Source of the DNA: an uncultured Chloroflexia bacterium
GTDB lineage: Bacteria > Chloroflexota > Limnocylindria > Limnocylindrales > CSP1-4
Assembly (NCBI GenBank): GCA_963713975.1
Contig: OY970218.1
Coordinates: forward strand, 2,944,001-3,008,000
Direction: 5' to 3'
DNA length: 64,000 nucleotides
The notes below the pieces were generated by a model. That model did no database searches. It was not told the DNA's origin and was given only the letters and a program-made list of their open reading frames with translations. The position numbers and the translations under genes were made by a program. This document shows positions 37,012 to 46,214 of this stretch, piece after piece; position 1 is the first letter of the stretch; each line of letters begins with the position of its first letter.

Positions 37012-37380
37012 ATGGTGGACGGCTCGGCCTCGGTGGTCATCACGGCGGCGCTGATCTTCTACACCATCGGCGTCTGGAGCGAGCGGATCCAGGGCCGGCT
37101 CAAGCCGTGGCACCTTGTGTTCTTCTGGCTCGGGCTCCTGTGCGACACGGTGGGCACCGGGATGATGTTCGACTACGCCGGTGGCCTCACCGCCGACGTG
37201 CACGGGATCTCGGGCCTCCTCGCGATCGTGCTGATGCTGGTGCATGCGACCTGGGCGACGGTGGTGCTCGCGCGCCGGGACGAGGAGTGGATCGTCAAGT
37301 TCCACCGTTTCAGCCTGGTGGTCTGGGCGATCTGGCTGGTGCCGTACTTCAGCCCGATGTTCTTCGCGATGGCCAGCTGA
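37012..37380 (+). CDS. HsmA-like (TIGR03987) membrane protein
   Basis: ALIFYTIGVWSE...G.LK.WH, DT.GT..M, HG..G, FHRFS..VW.IWL.PY. Confidence 0.75.
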   Translation: MVDGSASVVITAALIFYTIGVWSERIQGRLKPWHLVFFWLGLLCDTVGTGMMFDYAGGLTADVHGISGLLAIVLMLVHATWATVVLARRDEEWIVKFHRFSLVVWAIWLVPYFSPMFFAMAS

Positions 37381-37501
37381 GGGTCCTACCGGGACACACG
37401 GACCGGTCCGGTCGCCTCTGGCGCGCAGAGCGGGTCGAGGGCACCGTGGTTGCCTTGCCGGGGTCTCCGGCCCCGGCTCCTCGAACCCATGGAGGTGCGC
37501 G

Positions 37502-37999
37502 ATGCGTGCCGTGGTCCAGGTTCCGGTTGTGGCTGACTCGCTGCTGACGCAGGCGATCAACAGCGGGCGGGCCGGGATGCTGGCGGGGCGTGGCGGTCCC
37601 TTCGGTGCCGTCATCGCCGGCCCGGATGGCGCCGTCGTGGCCAAGGGCTGCAACTGCGTGACATCCACCAACGATCCGACGGCGCACGCAGAGGTGGAGG
37701 CGATCAGGGCGGCCTGTCGGGCGCTGGGCACCTTCGTCCTCGACGGCTGCACGCTCTACACGAGCTGTGAGCCGTGTCCGATGTGCCTGGCGGCCGCCTA
37801 CTGGGCGCACGTCAGTGAGATCGTCTACGGCAGCTCGCGTGCGGATGCGGCCGCCGCCGGCTTCGATGATGCGTTTATCTATGACGAGATCGGGCTGGAG
37901 CCGGAAGCACGATCGGTCCCAATGCGGCATGACGCCTCGGGCGCGGCGGCGGCGCTGTTTGACGAATGGTGCCAGCTCGAGGGTAGAACGCCCTACTGA
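37502..37999 (+). CDS. Zn-dependent nucleoside/guanine deaminase (GuaD-type)
   Basis: GGPFGAVI, NDPTAHAE, TSCEPCPMC, GFDDAFIY; GGAGG RBS. Confidence 0.88.
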   Translation: MRAVVQVPVVADSLLTQAINSGRAGMLAGRGGPFGAVIAGPDGAVVAKGCNCVTSTNDPTAHAEVEAIRAACRALGTFVLDGCTLYTSCEPCPMCLAAAYWAHVSEIVYGSSRADAAAAGFDDAFIYDEIGLEPEARSVPMRHDASGAAAALFDEWCQLEGRTPY

Positions 38000-38508
38000 G
38001 TCGGCGTTCCGGGCAGCGCTAGCCCATCGAGCTGGGCGGCGATGCTGCGGGCCCATGCCCGGATGATCTCCCAGTCCCTGAAGTCGCCGACCGGGTGCGT
38101 CGCGAGGACCTGCGGGTCGATCGGGGCGTCCGCCAGGAGGCGACCGCCGAATGTCCGATGTCCCCGGACGCCCAACCCTGCGGTGAGCTCGGCGGCCTTC
38201 GGGGTGAGCGGCAGGTCCGCGCGTGCCAGGCGCTCGTCGAGGGGGCCGCTGCTGAACAGCCACAGGGGCCGCGTGCGCAACTCATCCCGGAACCTCGTCA
38301 CGAAGCGGTTGGCGTCGCGCTGCCAGTGGGCGGCATAGATGGCGCTGCCCAGGATCACGACGTTCCAGCCAGCGAGGCCCTTCACGTCGCGGACGGGATG
38401 GGCTGCGGCGTGGTGCCCGGCCTCGCGCAGGGTGGCCGCGATCGCCTCGGCGATCTCGGCGTTGGATCCGAGCTTGGTGGCGTAGGCGACGAGCACGTTG
38501 GCGGCCAT
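37993..38508 (-). CDS. Flavodoxin_5 (HemG-like) protein, copy 2
   Basis: VLVAYATKLGSNAEIA, VILGSAIY, WLFSSGP, DFRDW. Confidence 0.85.
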   Translation of the reverse strand: MAANVLVAYATKLGSNAEIAEAIAATLREAGHHAAAHPVRDVKGLAGWNVVILGSAIYAAHWQRDANRFVTRFRDELRTRPLWLFSSGPLDERLARADLPLTPKAAELTAGLGVRGHRTFGGRLLADAPIDPQVLATHPVGDFRDWEIIRAWARSIAAQLDGLALPGTPTQ

Positions 38509-38696
38509 GGCTCCCCGGAAATGGCACGGCGTGGACGAGAGCCAGATGGTACCTCGCAACCACGCAGTGCTGTCCACGGAGCACTCGGCGGCTTCCTGGC
38601 ACGCCCATCGCGCCGTAGGCCCTGGACACGCGCGGACCGGCGGAGGGACGTCCGCCGGTCCGGGGGTTGCGCGTCCGGGCCGGGCCCGGGAAGCGT

Positions 38697-39248
38697 TCAG
38701 GCGGTAGCGGTCACGGGCTCGCCGGACATCAGGTAGCGCCGGAGGCCGCGCGGGGCGCTGGCCGCGAAGACGCCGTCAAGACCGTAGTAGCGTCCGGCAC
38801 CCAGGCCGACGAGCGCCACACAGATCAGGGCGTAGGCGAGGTGCTGGTTGACGACGCCGTAGGCGAAGTCCCAGGCGGCGAAGAAGAAGAAGGTCATCAT
38901 CAGGGCACCCATGGCCGCCCCGAAGCGGGTGAACATGCCCAGGATCAGGCTGATGCCAATCCCGATCTGCCCGAGCGGGACGAGCACGTTGATGATGCTC
39001 ATGGCTGTGGCGTTGCCGGCGAGGCCGACCCACAGCGCCTGGGTCGGGTTGAACACGGTGCCCTCGACGACCTCTCCGCTGACGAACGGCCAGCCGAGCG
39101 TGCCCGCCGTCGCGAACTTGAGGAACCCGCCCGCGTCGAATGCGGCGGGGGCGAGGAGCTTCTCCAGTCCTGCCCACAAGAAGATGATCCCGACGGTGAT
39201 GCGCAGCAGCGCAACACCCATCTGGTGAACCTTGCCCGTGATCTCCAT
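38697..39248 (-). CDS. DoxX family membrane protein
   Basis: LLRI.VG..FLWAGLEK, IG..LILG.FTR, GAGRYYGLD. Confidence 0.88.
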   Translation of the reverse strand: MEITGKVHQMGVALLRITVGIIFLWAGLEKLLAPAAFDAGGFLKFATAGTLGWPFVSGEVVEGTVFNPTQALWVGLAGNATAMSIINVLVPLGQIGIGISLILGMFTRFGAAMGALMMTFFFFAAWDFAYGVVNQHLAYALICVALVGLGAGRYYGLDGVFAASAPRGLRRYLMSGEPVTATA

Positions 39249-39434
39249 GGCACATCCTCCGACCCCTCCGTCCGGTGACCGTCACCGGCGGGCCCTCAAT
39301 GCAGGGTCTGTACTCTGCCTCCGGGTCCGCGTCGATCAATGGTCACGCGGCAGGCCGAACGGCCCGTCCAGCATAGGCCATTGGGAGGACAGCAGCGCAA
39401 CCCCGAGCCGGCCCTGGCAGCGTAGGCTTCGGCT

Positions 39435-40241
39435 GTGGAAGGTCCCGGAGAGCCCGCCGCGATCCCGCCCGTCGCGGGCCAGGTGACGGCCACTGCACGC
39501 CTCCGGTCCTGGCTCGCGGACGCTCCTCAGTACCCGGCGAATGCGGGTGACCTGCAGATCGTCGACCTGCTTGGCCTACGGCTGCCGGTCCGTGCCACGG
39601 TCGCCGTCGTGAGCGTGGCGCTCATCCTGCTGATGGCCTACCACGGGAGGATCGACGGATTCATCGAGCTGGTGGCTGGGCCGTTCGGGGACAGCCCCGC
39701 CGACGCCAAGCGAGTCCAGGCGATCGGCAGGCTCCTGCTGGAGGGGCTCATCCCGCTCGGGATCATCGTCCTCGTGTTCCGGGACAGGCCCCGCCGGTAC
39801 GGCCTGCGGATCGGGGACTGGAGGGCAGGGGTCGCGATCGCCGTGACCGGCTGCGCCGTCATGACCCCCGTCGTCCTGGCGCTGTCCCGGCTCCCGGACT
39901 TCACGCGCTACTACGGCCCCCAGGCGGCCCCCTTCCCGGACGTGCTCCTCACGTCAGCCCTCGAGGTGATCCCCGGGGAGTTCTTCTTCCGCGGGTTCCT
40001 CCTGTTCGCGCTGCTGCGCGTCGCGGGACCGATCGGGGTCGTGATTGCCACGCTGCCCTTCGCCTTCGTCCATCTCGGCAAGCCGGAGTACGAGACCCTC
40101 AGCACCCTCGGCGGCGGGCTGCTGTATGGCTGGCTGGACTGGCGGACCGGATCCGTCCTGTGGAGCGGGCTGGCCCACACCTGGATCCTTGCCCTGGCCG
40201 TGGCGGCCGCCAGCCTCTTCGGCGTCCCGCCGGGCGCTTGA
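39435..40241 (+). CDS. CPBP (CAAX/Abi) intramembrane protease family protein
   Basis: EFFFRG, FAFVHLGKP, AH; start uncertain (39435 or 39483). Confidence 0.82.
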   Translation: MEGPGEPAAIPPVAGQVTATARLRSWLADAPQYPANAGDLQIVDLLGLRLPVRATVAVVSVALILLMAYHGRIDGFIELVAGPFGDSPADAKRVQAIGRLLLEGLIPLGIIVLVFRDRPRRYGLRIGDWRAGVAIAVTGCAVMTPVVLALSRLPDFTRYYGPQAAPFPDVLLTSALEVIPGEFFFRGFLLFALLRVAGPIGVVIATLPFAFVHLGKPEYETLSTLGGGLLYGWLDWRTGSVLWSGLAHTWILALAVAAASLFGVPPGA

Positions 40242-40278
40242 ACCGCACGCGCCGCCCGCGGCCGCGTATCCTCGGAGC

Positions 40279-41268
40279 ATGCCGCACGATGACGCTCCCG
40301 CCGACATCGCCGCCCTCGCCGAGGCCCGGGCCGATGCCCGAAGGACCCGCGATTGGGCGACGGCGGATGAGCTGCGCGGCCGGATCGAGGCCGCGGGCTG
40401 GAGGGTCGTCGACAGCGGGACGATGTACGACCTGGAACGGGCCACCCCGGCCGACACCATCGACGATGGCGTCATCCGTCATGGGTCGAGCGCGTCGGTC
40501 CCCTCGAGGCTGGACGAGCCGCCTATGGGCGTCGCGTCCATCGTGATCATCGCGACCGCCTGGCCCGATGATGTCGCCCGGACGGTGCGTGCACTCGCCA
40601 CTCATTCGCCGGCCGGCACGCAGCTCGTGGTCGTGGCGAACGCCCCGTCACCCGACCAGGAGGCGGCGCTCGCCGACCTCGACGCCGACGCCGGGCCAGA
40701 GATCGCGGTCGAGGTGGTCAGGCTTGCCGGGCCGCTGGGCTGGGCATCGGCGCTCAACGCGGGCATCCGGAGGGCCTCGGCGCCCCTCGTCATCCTGCTC
40801 GACACCAGCGTGGAGCCCGAGGGCGACCTCGTCACGGCGCTGGCCGAGGCGCTGGGCGACCCCAGTGTCGCCGTCGCCGGTCCGTTCGGCCTCGTCTCGC
40901 GGGACATGCGCCATTTCGAGAACGCCCCGGACGGTGTGGGAGAAGTGGACGCCATCGGCGGCTACGCCCAGGCCTTCCGCCGCTCCGACTATGCCGACCG
41001 CGGGCCATTGGACGAGCACTTCGTGTTCTTCCGGAACCTCGACGTCTGGTGGAGCCTGGTGCTTCGGGACCCGGATGAGGTCGCGGGCACAGATGCGCCA
41101 CCGAGACGAGCCGCGTGCGTCGCGGGGGTCCCCGTGGTGCGCCACGAGCACCGCGGCTGGACCAGCCTGCCGGACGACGAACGCGACCGGCAGTCGCGCA
41201 AGAACTTCTACCGGGTCCTGAAGCGGTTCGCGACTCGTCGTGACCTCCTCGTCACGGGGGCGAAGTAG
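40279..41268 (+). CDS. Glycosyltransferase family 2 with N-terminal CysRS-C-terminal-like helical domain
   Basis: R..AR..RDWATADELR..I...GW.V.D, then GT-A fold (VVVAN, NAG, LLDTS, LDEHF, HEHR). Confidence 0.75.
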   Translation: MPHDDAPADIAALAEARADARRTRDWATADELRGRIEAAGWRVVDSGTMYDLERATPADTIDDGVIRHGSSASVPSRLDEPPMGVASIVIIATAWPDDVARTVRALATHSPAGTQLVVVANAPSPDQEAALADLDADAGPEIAVEVVRLAGPLGWASALNAGIRRASAPLVILLDTSVEPEGDLVTALAEALGDPSVAVAGPFGLVSRDMRHFENAPDGVGEVDAIGGYAQAFRRSDYADRGPLDEHFVFFRNLDVWWSLVLRDPDEVAGTDAPPRRAACVAGVPVVRHEHRGWTSLPDDERDRQSRKNFYRVLKRFATRRDLLVTGAK

Positions 41269-41400
41269 GGGACCGGACGCACTCGCAACCGGGGCCCCGG
41301 AGGGGATTCCGGGGCACCGACCGTATACTCGCGCCGTGCGTGATCGGGCCCGTGTCGAGGCTGCCCCCGCCGGCGTCGCCGGCTGTCGCGGGCTGCCGGA

Positions 41401-43056
41401 GTGAGCCTCATGGAACCCGACCTGATGGATCCCGTGCCCGAGGCACCACCGTCCAGGCGACGCCGGGTCGCGATCCTGGCGGTAGCCCTGCTGGTGGCGG
41501 GCGCGATGCTCGCCTCCTCGTGGCCGCTGCGCGGGAGCCCCGTCGCTCCGACGCCCGCGGCGGCGGCCGATCCGTCCGTCGTGACGATCCTCGTCGGGGC
41601 ACCGGCGTCGATCGATCCAGCCCGCCATGGCGACCTTGGCAGCGCGGCCTACGTGAGCCAGCTGTTCGAGACCCTGACCGCCGTGGACCCGTCTCTTGCC
41701 ATCCGGCCCGCGCTCGCCGAATCGTGGGTGGTGGACGAGGGCGGCCGGCAGGTCACCTTCACGTTGCGCCCCGGTCTGCGGTTCAGCGATGGCTCCCCAC
41801 TCACCGCGGACGACGTCGTCCACAGCTGGCGGCGCCTGTTCACGCCAGGCGATCCCTCGCCGCTGGCATCGCTGGTAGCGGACATCTCCGGCGCTCGGGA
41901 CCTGCTGACCGGAGCGAGCACGGACACGGGGTCGCTCGGCGTGCGAGCGGATGGCGACCGCACGGTCATCGTCGACATGGATCGGAGCGGCGGCGACCTG
42001 CCGGCCATCGTGTCGAGTGCGCCGTTCGCCGTGGTCCCATCGTCGGTCGGCGACGCCGAGATTGCACCCACGGCCGGCAGCCTCGTCGGCAGCGGGGGCT
42101 ACACGCTCGAGCGGGTGGACCCGGACGTCTTCGAGCTCCGGGCCAACCCTGCCTACTGGGCCGGGAAGCCCGCGATCGAGACGGTCCGGATGGTCACCTC
42201 CATCGGCGGCGCCAGCCCGGTTGATGCCTTCGCCGCCGGCGACCTCGACGTCACCCCGATCAGCTTCTCGGATGCGGGCTGGATCGCCTACGACAAGGTG
42301 CTGGGACCCTCGCTGCGCAGCGACCCGTCCCTCTCGGTCACGTACTACGGCTTCGACACCCGCCAGGCTCCGTTCGACGACGTCCGGGTCCGCCAGGCGT
42401 TCGCGCGGGCGGTCGACTGGCGCCGGCTCGCCGCGCTGGACGATCCGGGATCGTCGGTGGCGGCCACGGGCATGGTTCCGGCCGGCATCCCCGGCACCCC
42501 CGACGGTGACTTCCTGCCGCCGTACGATCCGGCCGGCGCCCGTCAGCTCCTGGCCGATGCCGGCTATCCGGGCGGTGTTGGGCTCGCGCCCATCTCGTTC
42601 ATCGCCAACGGGGGCGGCTACGACGGAGCGATCATCGCCATGCTGGAAGAGAACCTCGAGGTCGCCATCGACTACGCGACGATGGAGTTCGCGTCCTACC
42701 AGGACCGCCTGGCCGCGGACCCGCCCCAGCTCTGGAGCCTGTCCTGGGTCGCCGACTACCCGGGCCCCAACGACTTCCTCGGCGTCCTGCTGGAGACGGG
42801 GTCGACGGCGAACCAGGGCGGCTGGAGCTCCCCGGGGTTCGACGCGGCGATCGCCGAGGCAACGTCGGCGGCGAGCCCGGCGGACGCCACCGCAGCCTAT
42901 GCCCGGGCCATGGCGATCGTCCGGGACGACGTGCCGACCGTGCCGGTCGCCTACGGGACTTCATTCTCGCTCGTCCGCGATGGACTCCTGGGGGCAGCGC
43001 AGACGGGGACCGGCATCCTGCGGCTCGCGGGGCTGTCCTGGGTGGATGGACAGTGA
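41401..43056 (+). CDS. ABC peptide/oligopeptide substrate-binding protein (family 5), no adjacent permeases
   Basis: PALAESW, TF.LR....FSDGSPLTADDV..SW, PFDDVRVRQAF, W.ADYP. Confidence 0.9.
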   Translation: MSLMEPDLMDPVPEAPPSRRRRVAILAVALLVAGAMLASSWPLRGSPVAPTPAAAADPSVVTILVGAPASIDPARHGDLGSAAYVSQLFETLTAVDPSLAIRPALAESWVVDEGGRQVTFTLRPGLRFSDGSPLTADDVVHSWRRLFTPGDPSPLASLVADISGARDLLTGASTDTGSLGVRADGDRTVIVDMDRSGGDLPAIVSSAPFAVVPSSVGDAEIAPTAGSLVGSGGYTLERVDPDVFELRANPAYWAGKPAIETVRMVTSIGGASPVDAFAAGDLDVTPISFSDAGWIAYDKVLGPSLRSDPSLSVTYYGFDTRQAPFDDVRVRQAFARAVDWRRLAALDDPGSSVAATGMVPAGIPGTPDGDFLPPYDPAGARQLLADAGYPGGVGLAPISFIANGGGYDGAIIAMLEENLEVAIDYATMEFASYQDRLAADPPQLWSLSWVADYPGPNDFLGVLLETGSTANQGGWSSPGFDAAIAEATSAASPADATAAYARAMAIVRDDVPTVPVAYGTSFSLVRDGLLGAAQTGTGILRLAGLSWVDGQ

Positions 43057-44429
43057 CGGCGCCCACGTCCCTGCGTCGCCTCCCGCGTGCCGTCGCCGCG
43101 CTCGTCGTGGCCGTGGGACTCCTGCTGCCTGCGACCGCCCAACCCGTCCGTGCTGCCGACGTCACGTTCGGCACGCCGACGGCGGACGTCGTCTTCGGCG
43201 ACTCGATCACGTTCAACGTCCCCATGAGTTCGTCCGTGCCCCTAGAGCGGGTGGAGCTGCGGCTCGACTTCCCGGACAGCCTGGGACCGTTCATCACCGA
43301 GGTCCCCGTGGGCCCGGCCGGGCAACAGACCCTCAGCTACCGCCTCGACCTGACAGGATCCGGCCATATCGCCCCGAATACCGAGATCGTGGCCACCTGG
43401 GCGGCCGTCGTGGCACCGGGCCAGGAGCCGGTCCAGTCCGCCAGTGACACGATCAGGTACTCGGACACGGCCCACGACTGGAAGACGCTCAAGGGCGACG
43501 TGGTCGTGGTCCACTGGTACGACGGCAGCGAGGCATTCGCCAGGCGGGCGCTCGCGATCGGCGACAAGGCCGTGAAAGAGACCGGGGCGCTGCTCGGGGT
43601 GACCGAGACGGAGCCCATCGACTTCTTCATCTACGGCGACGAGGCATCGTTCCGCAGCGCGCTGGGTCCGGGCACCAGGGAGAACGTCGGGGGGCAGGCG
43701 CGGTCGGACATCAGGACCCTGTTCGCGCTGATCACGCCCAACGCGATCGACGACCCGTGGGTAGGAGTGGTGATCCCGCACGAGCTCGTCCATCTCGTGC
43801 TGGACACGGCCGTCCGGAACCCATACCGCTACCTACCCCGGTGGCTCAACGAGGGCCTGGCCGTGTACCTGTCCGAGGGCTACAAGCCTGGCGACCGGGC
43901 GCTGGTCGAGGACGCGGCGCGCCAGGGGGACCTACTGCCCCTGACCGCCCTTGCGGGCCAGTTCCCCACGGAGCCCGACAAGACCTACCTCGCCTACGCG
44001 GAGTCGGTGTCTGCGATCGACCACCTGGTCCAATCGGATGGCAGGGATGCCCTGTTGAACCTGGTCGCCGCCTATGCCGACGGTCCCACCGATGACGAGG
44101 CCTTCACGAAGGCCCTCGGGCGCGATCTCATCGCCTTCCAGGATGGCTGGCTCGCCGACCTCGGGGCGGATCCGCCTCAGCAGCTCGGCCCCGCCCCGTA
44201 CCCCGCGGGTGCTGTCCCGCCGGGCTGGGACGCGCCCGTCCCGGGTGCCACACCCGGGTCGTTCCCGGCCGCCCCCTCAACAGCTCCTCCGACGGCTCCC
44301 GCGGATATGCCCGGAGGGTCATCCGACCGCGGTTCGGACACGATCATCATCCTGGGCACGGTCGTACTGGTCGTGGCCGTGGTCATCGGAGGGCTGCTCG
44401 TCGCGCGTCGGCGCACCGCTCCGCCGTGA
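43053..44429 (+). CDS. Secreted/membrane-anchored gluzincin (peptidase MA-like)
   Basis: Signal peptide, HELVH...WLNEGLA.Y, Pro-rich linker, C-terminal TM plus basic tail. Confidence 0.82.
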   Translation: MTAPTSLRRLPRAVAALVVAVGLLLPATAQPVRAADVTFGTPTADVVFGDSITFNVPMSSSVPLERVELRLDFPDSLGPFITEVPVGPAGQQTLSYRLDLTGSGHIAPNTEIVATWAAVVAPGQEPVQSASDTIRYSDTAHDWKTLKGDVVVVHWYDGSEAFARRALAIGDKAVKETGALLGVTETEPIDFFIYGDEASFRSALGPGTRENVGGQARSDIRTLFALITPNAIDDPWVGVVIPHELVHLVLDTAVRNPYRYLPRWLNEGLAVYLSEGYKPGDRALVEDAARQGDLLPLTALAGQFPTEPDKTYLAYAESVSAIDHLVQSDGRDALLNLVAAYADGPTDDEAFTKALGRDLIAFQDGWLADLGADPPQQLGPAPYPAGAVPPGWDAPVPGATPGSFPAAPSTAPPTAPADMPGGSSDRGSDTIIILGTVVLVVAVVIGGLLVARRRTAPP

Positions 44430-45220
44430 GCGCAATGGCGGCGCGCATCCGGGCGATCCCCAGCTGGCAGATCACCCTCGGGCTGGCGCTGCTGGGCCTC
44501 GGGTTCCTGGTCGGCGCCCAGCTCGCCTCGGAAGGCCCTCGGGTCCGTTACACGAGCCAGGAGCGAACCCCGCTCGTGCAGACCGCGCTGGACCTGCAGG
44601 CACAGCAGGAGGGCCTCAAGCAGCAGATCCTTGAGCTGCGCGCCGACATCCAGGAGCTCGAGGCCACCGGACAGGGCGGCGCGGCCGTGACGCTGGATCT
44701 CAACCGGCAGCTCGAGGAGGCACGGATCGCCTCCGGTCTCGTGGCCATGACGGGTCCCGGGCTGGTGATCCAGCTGTCCGATTCGACCGTCCCGGTGCCG
44801 CCTGAGGGCAACGCCCGCGACTATCTCGTGGCGGGCCAGGACGTGCTTGCCGTCGTGGAGGAGCTGTGGCTGGCGGGCGCAGAGGGTATCGCCGTCAACG
44901 GGGAGCGGGCGACCGTCGGCACCGCGATCGTCGACATCGGCGGCTCGGTCCTCGTCAACTCCGCCTATATCGCCGCGCCGTACCAGGTGTCGGCGATCGG
45001 ACCTGACGACATGTTCGACAGCCTGACCCGCTCCCCGGGGTTCGTGGACTTCATCCGGGCTCGCTCGGAGGCATTCGGCGTCGGCGTCGGCTACGCGGTC
45101 CAGGAGGCCGTCGATCTCCCGGCATATGCGGGCTCCGTGAACCTCCGGTATGGCCGAGTTGACCGGAGTCCGCCACCGACGTCCGAGGCCTCGACACCCG
45201 CACCGGTGGAGATCCCCTGA
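44426..45220 (+). CDS. DUF881 family protein
   Basis: TM plus coiled coil, GPG..I.L.D, ELW.AGAE.IAVNG.R, PY...AIG. Confidence 0.88.
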   Translation: MSAMAARIRAIPSWQITLGLALLGLGFLVGAQLASEGPRVRYTSQERTPLVQTALDLQAQQEGLKQQILELRADIQELEATGQGGAAVTLDLNRQLEEARIASGLVAMTGPGLVIQLSDSTVPVPPEGNARDYLVAGQDVLAVVEELWLAGAEGIAVNGERATVGTAIVDIGGSVLVNSAYIAAPYQVSAIGPDDMFDSLTRSPGFVDFIRARSEAFGVGVGYAVQEAVDLPAYAGSVNLRYGRVDRSPPPTSEASTPAPVEIP

Positions 45221-45894
45221 TGCGCGAGCGGTCCGGGCGTATTGCCATGACGGGGGTCCTGCTCCTGCTGGGCTTCTTCGTGGTCGTCCAGCTGCGGTCG
45301 CAGGCCGCCGGCGTGGGCCTCAACGGCCTCTCGGTCCAGGAGCTGGGCGAGCTGGTGGGCAACCTGACGACGAGGAACGACCAACTGCGCGAGGAGATCC
45401 GGACGCTCGAGCGGCAGCGGGAGACGCTCGCCGCATCGGTCGCGCGTGGCGATACCTCGGCCGGCCAGGTCCGCTCGGACCTGCTCAGGATCCTGGGGTG
45501 GTCGGGCGCGCTCGGTGTGAGGGGCCCCGGTGTTCGTGTGTCGATCGAGGGCCCGTTGCCCGGTGACGCAGTGGAGCAGCTTGTCAATGAGCTCCGCAAC
45601 GCCGGCGCGGAGGCCATCTCCATCGGCACGATCCGGGTCGTCCCGGGCGTGGTGGTGTCCGGGCCGGCTGGGAACCTGGTGGTGACGGGGATCCCGCTCG
45701 CCGATCCCGTGGAGCTGCTCGCCGTGGGTTCACCGGAGACCCTGAGCGGTTCCCTCTCGCGGGCGGGTGGCCAGATCGCCCTGCTCGCGGGACGCCATCC
45801 GGATGTCGTGATCACGGTCACGAGCGAGGACCTGCTGACCCTGCCACCGACCGACCGGGACCTGGCCCCGCAGCTGGGCCGCCCCCGCCTCTAG
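45220..45894 (+). CDS. DUF881 family protein
   Basis: TM plus coiled coil, GPGV, NELRNAGAEAISI, AVG.P..L. Confidence 0.85.
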   Translation: MRERSGRIAMTGVLLLLGFFVVVQLRSQAAGVGLNGLSVQELGELVGNLTTRNDQLREEIRTLERQRETLAASVARGDTSAGQVRSDLLRILGWSGALGVRGPGVRVSIEGPLPGDAVEQLVNELRNAGAEAISIGTIRVVPGVVVSGPAGNLVVTGIPLADPVELLAVGSPETLSGSLSRAGGQIALLAGRHPDVVITVTSEDLLTLPPTDRDLAPQLGRPRL

Positions 45895-45974
45895 GATGGC
45901 CCCGGCCCGGTCGACCGTGGGGTGCAGCTCGACCGCCGGCCGCCGGCCCGGCACCCTCTGCTACCCTCGGGCCG

Positions 45975-46214
45975 ATGTCCGGCAACCCCGTGCTCGAGCT
46001 CTACCTGGGCGACGTCCTGCGCCTGCGGCGCCGCCACCCCTGCGGCGGCGACACCTGGCTGGTCGACCGGCTCGGGGCCGACATCGGACTGCGCTGCGAG
46101 TCGTGTCGTCGGCATGTGCTGGTGGAGCGGCCGGCGCTCGAGCGGCGGATCACCGGGTTCGTGCACCGTGGGGATGCGGAGTTGAGTGCGGCCGTGGCGC
46201 CGGTTCGCCCGTGA
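45975..46214 (+). CDS. DUF951 family protein
   Basis: GD...LRR.HPCG...W...R.GADI...C..C. Confidence 0.9.
   Translation: MSGNPVLELYLGDVLRLRRRHPCGGDTWLVDRLGADIGLRCESCRRHVLVERPALERRITGFVHRGDAELSAAVAPVRP

Noticed and set aside
39435-40241. CPBP/Abi gene as a phage abortive-infection system
   Set aside because: The Abi label of this family is historical; housekeeping context and no defence neighbours
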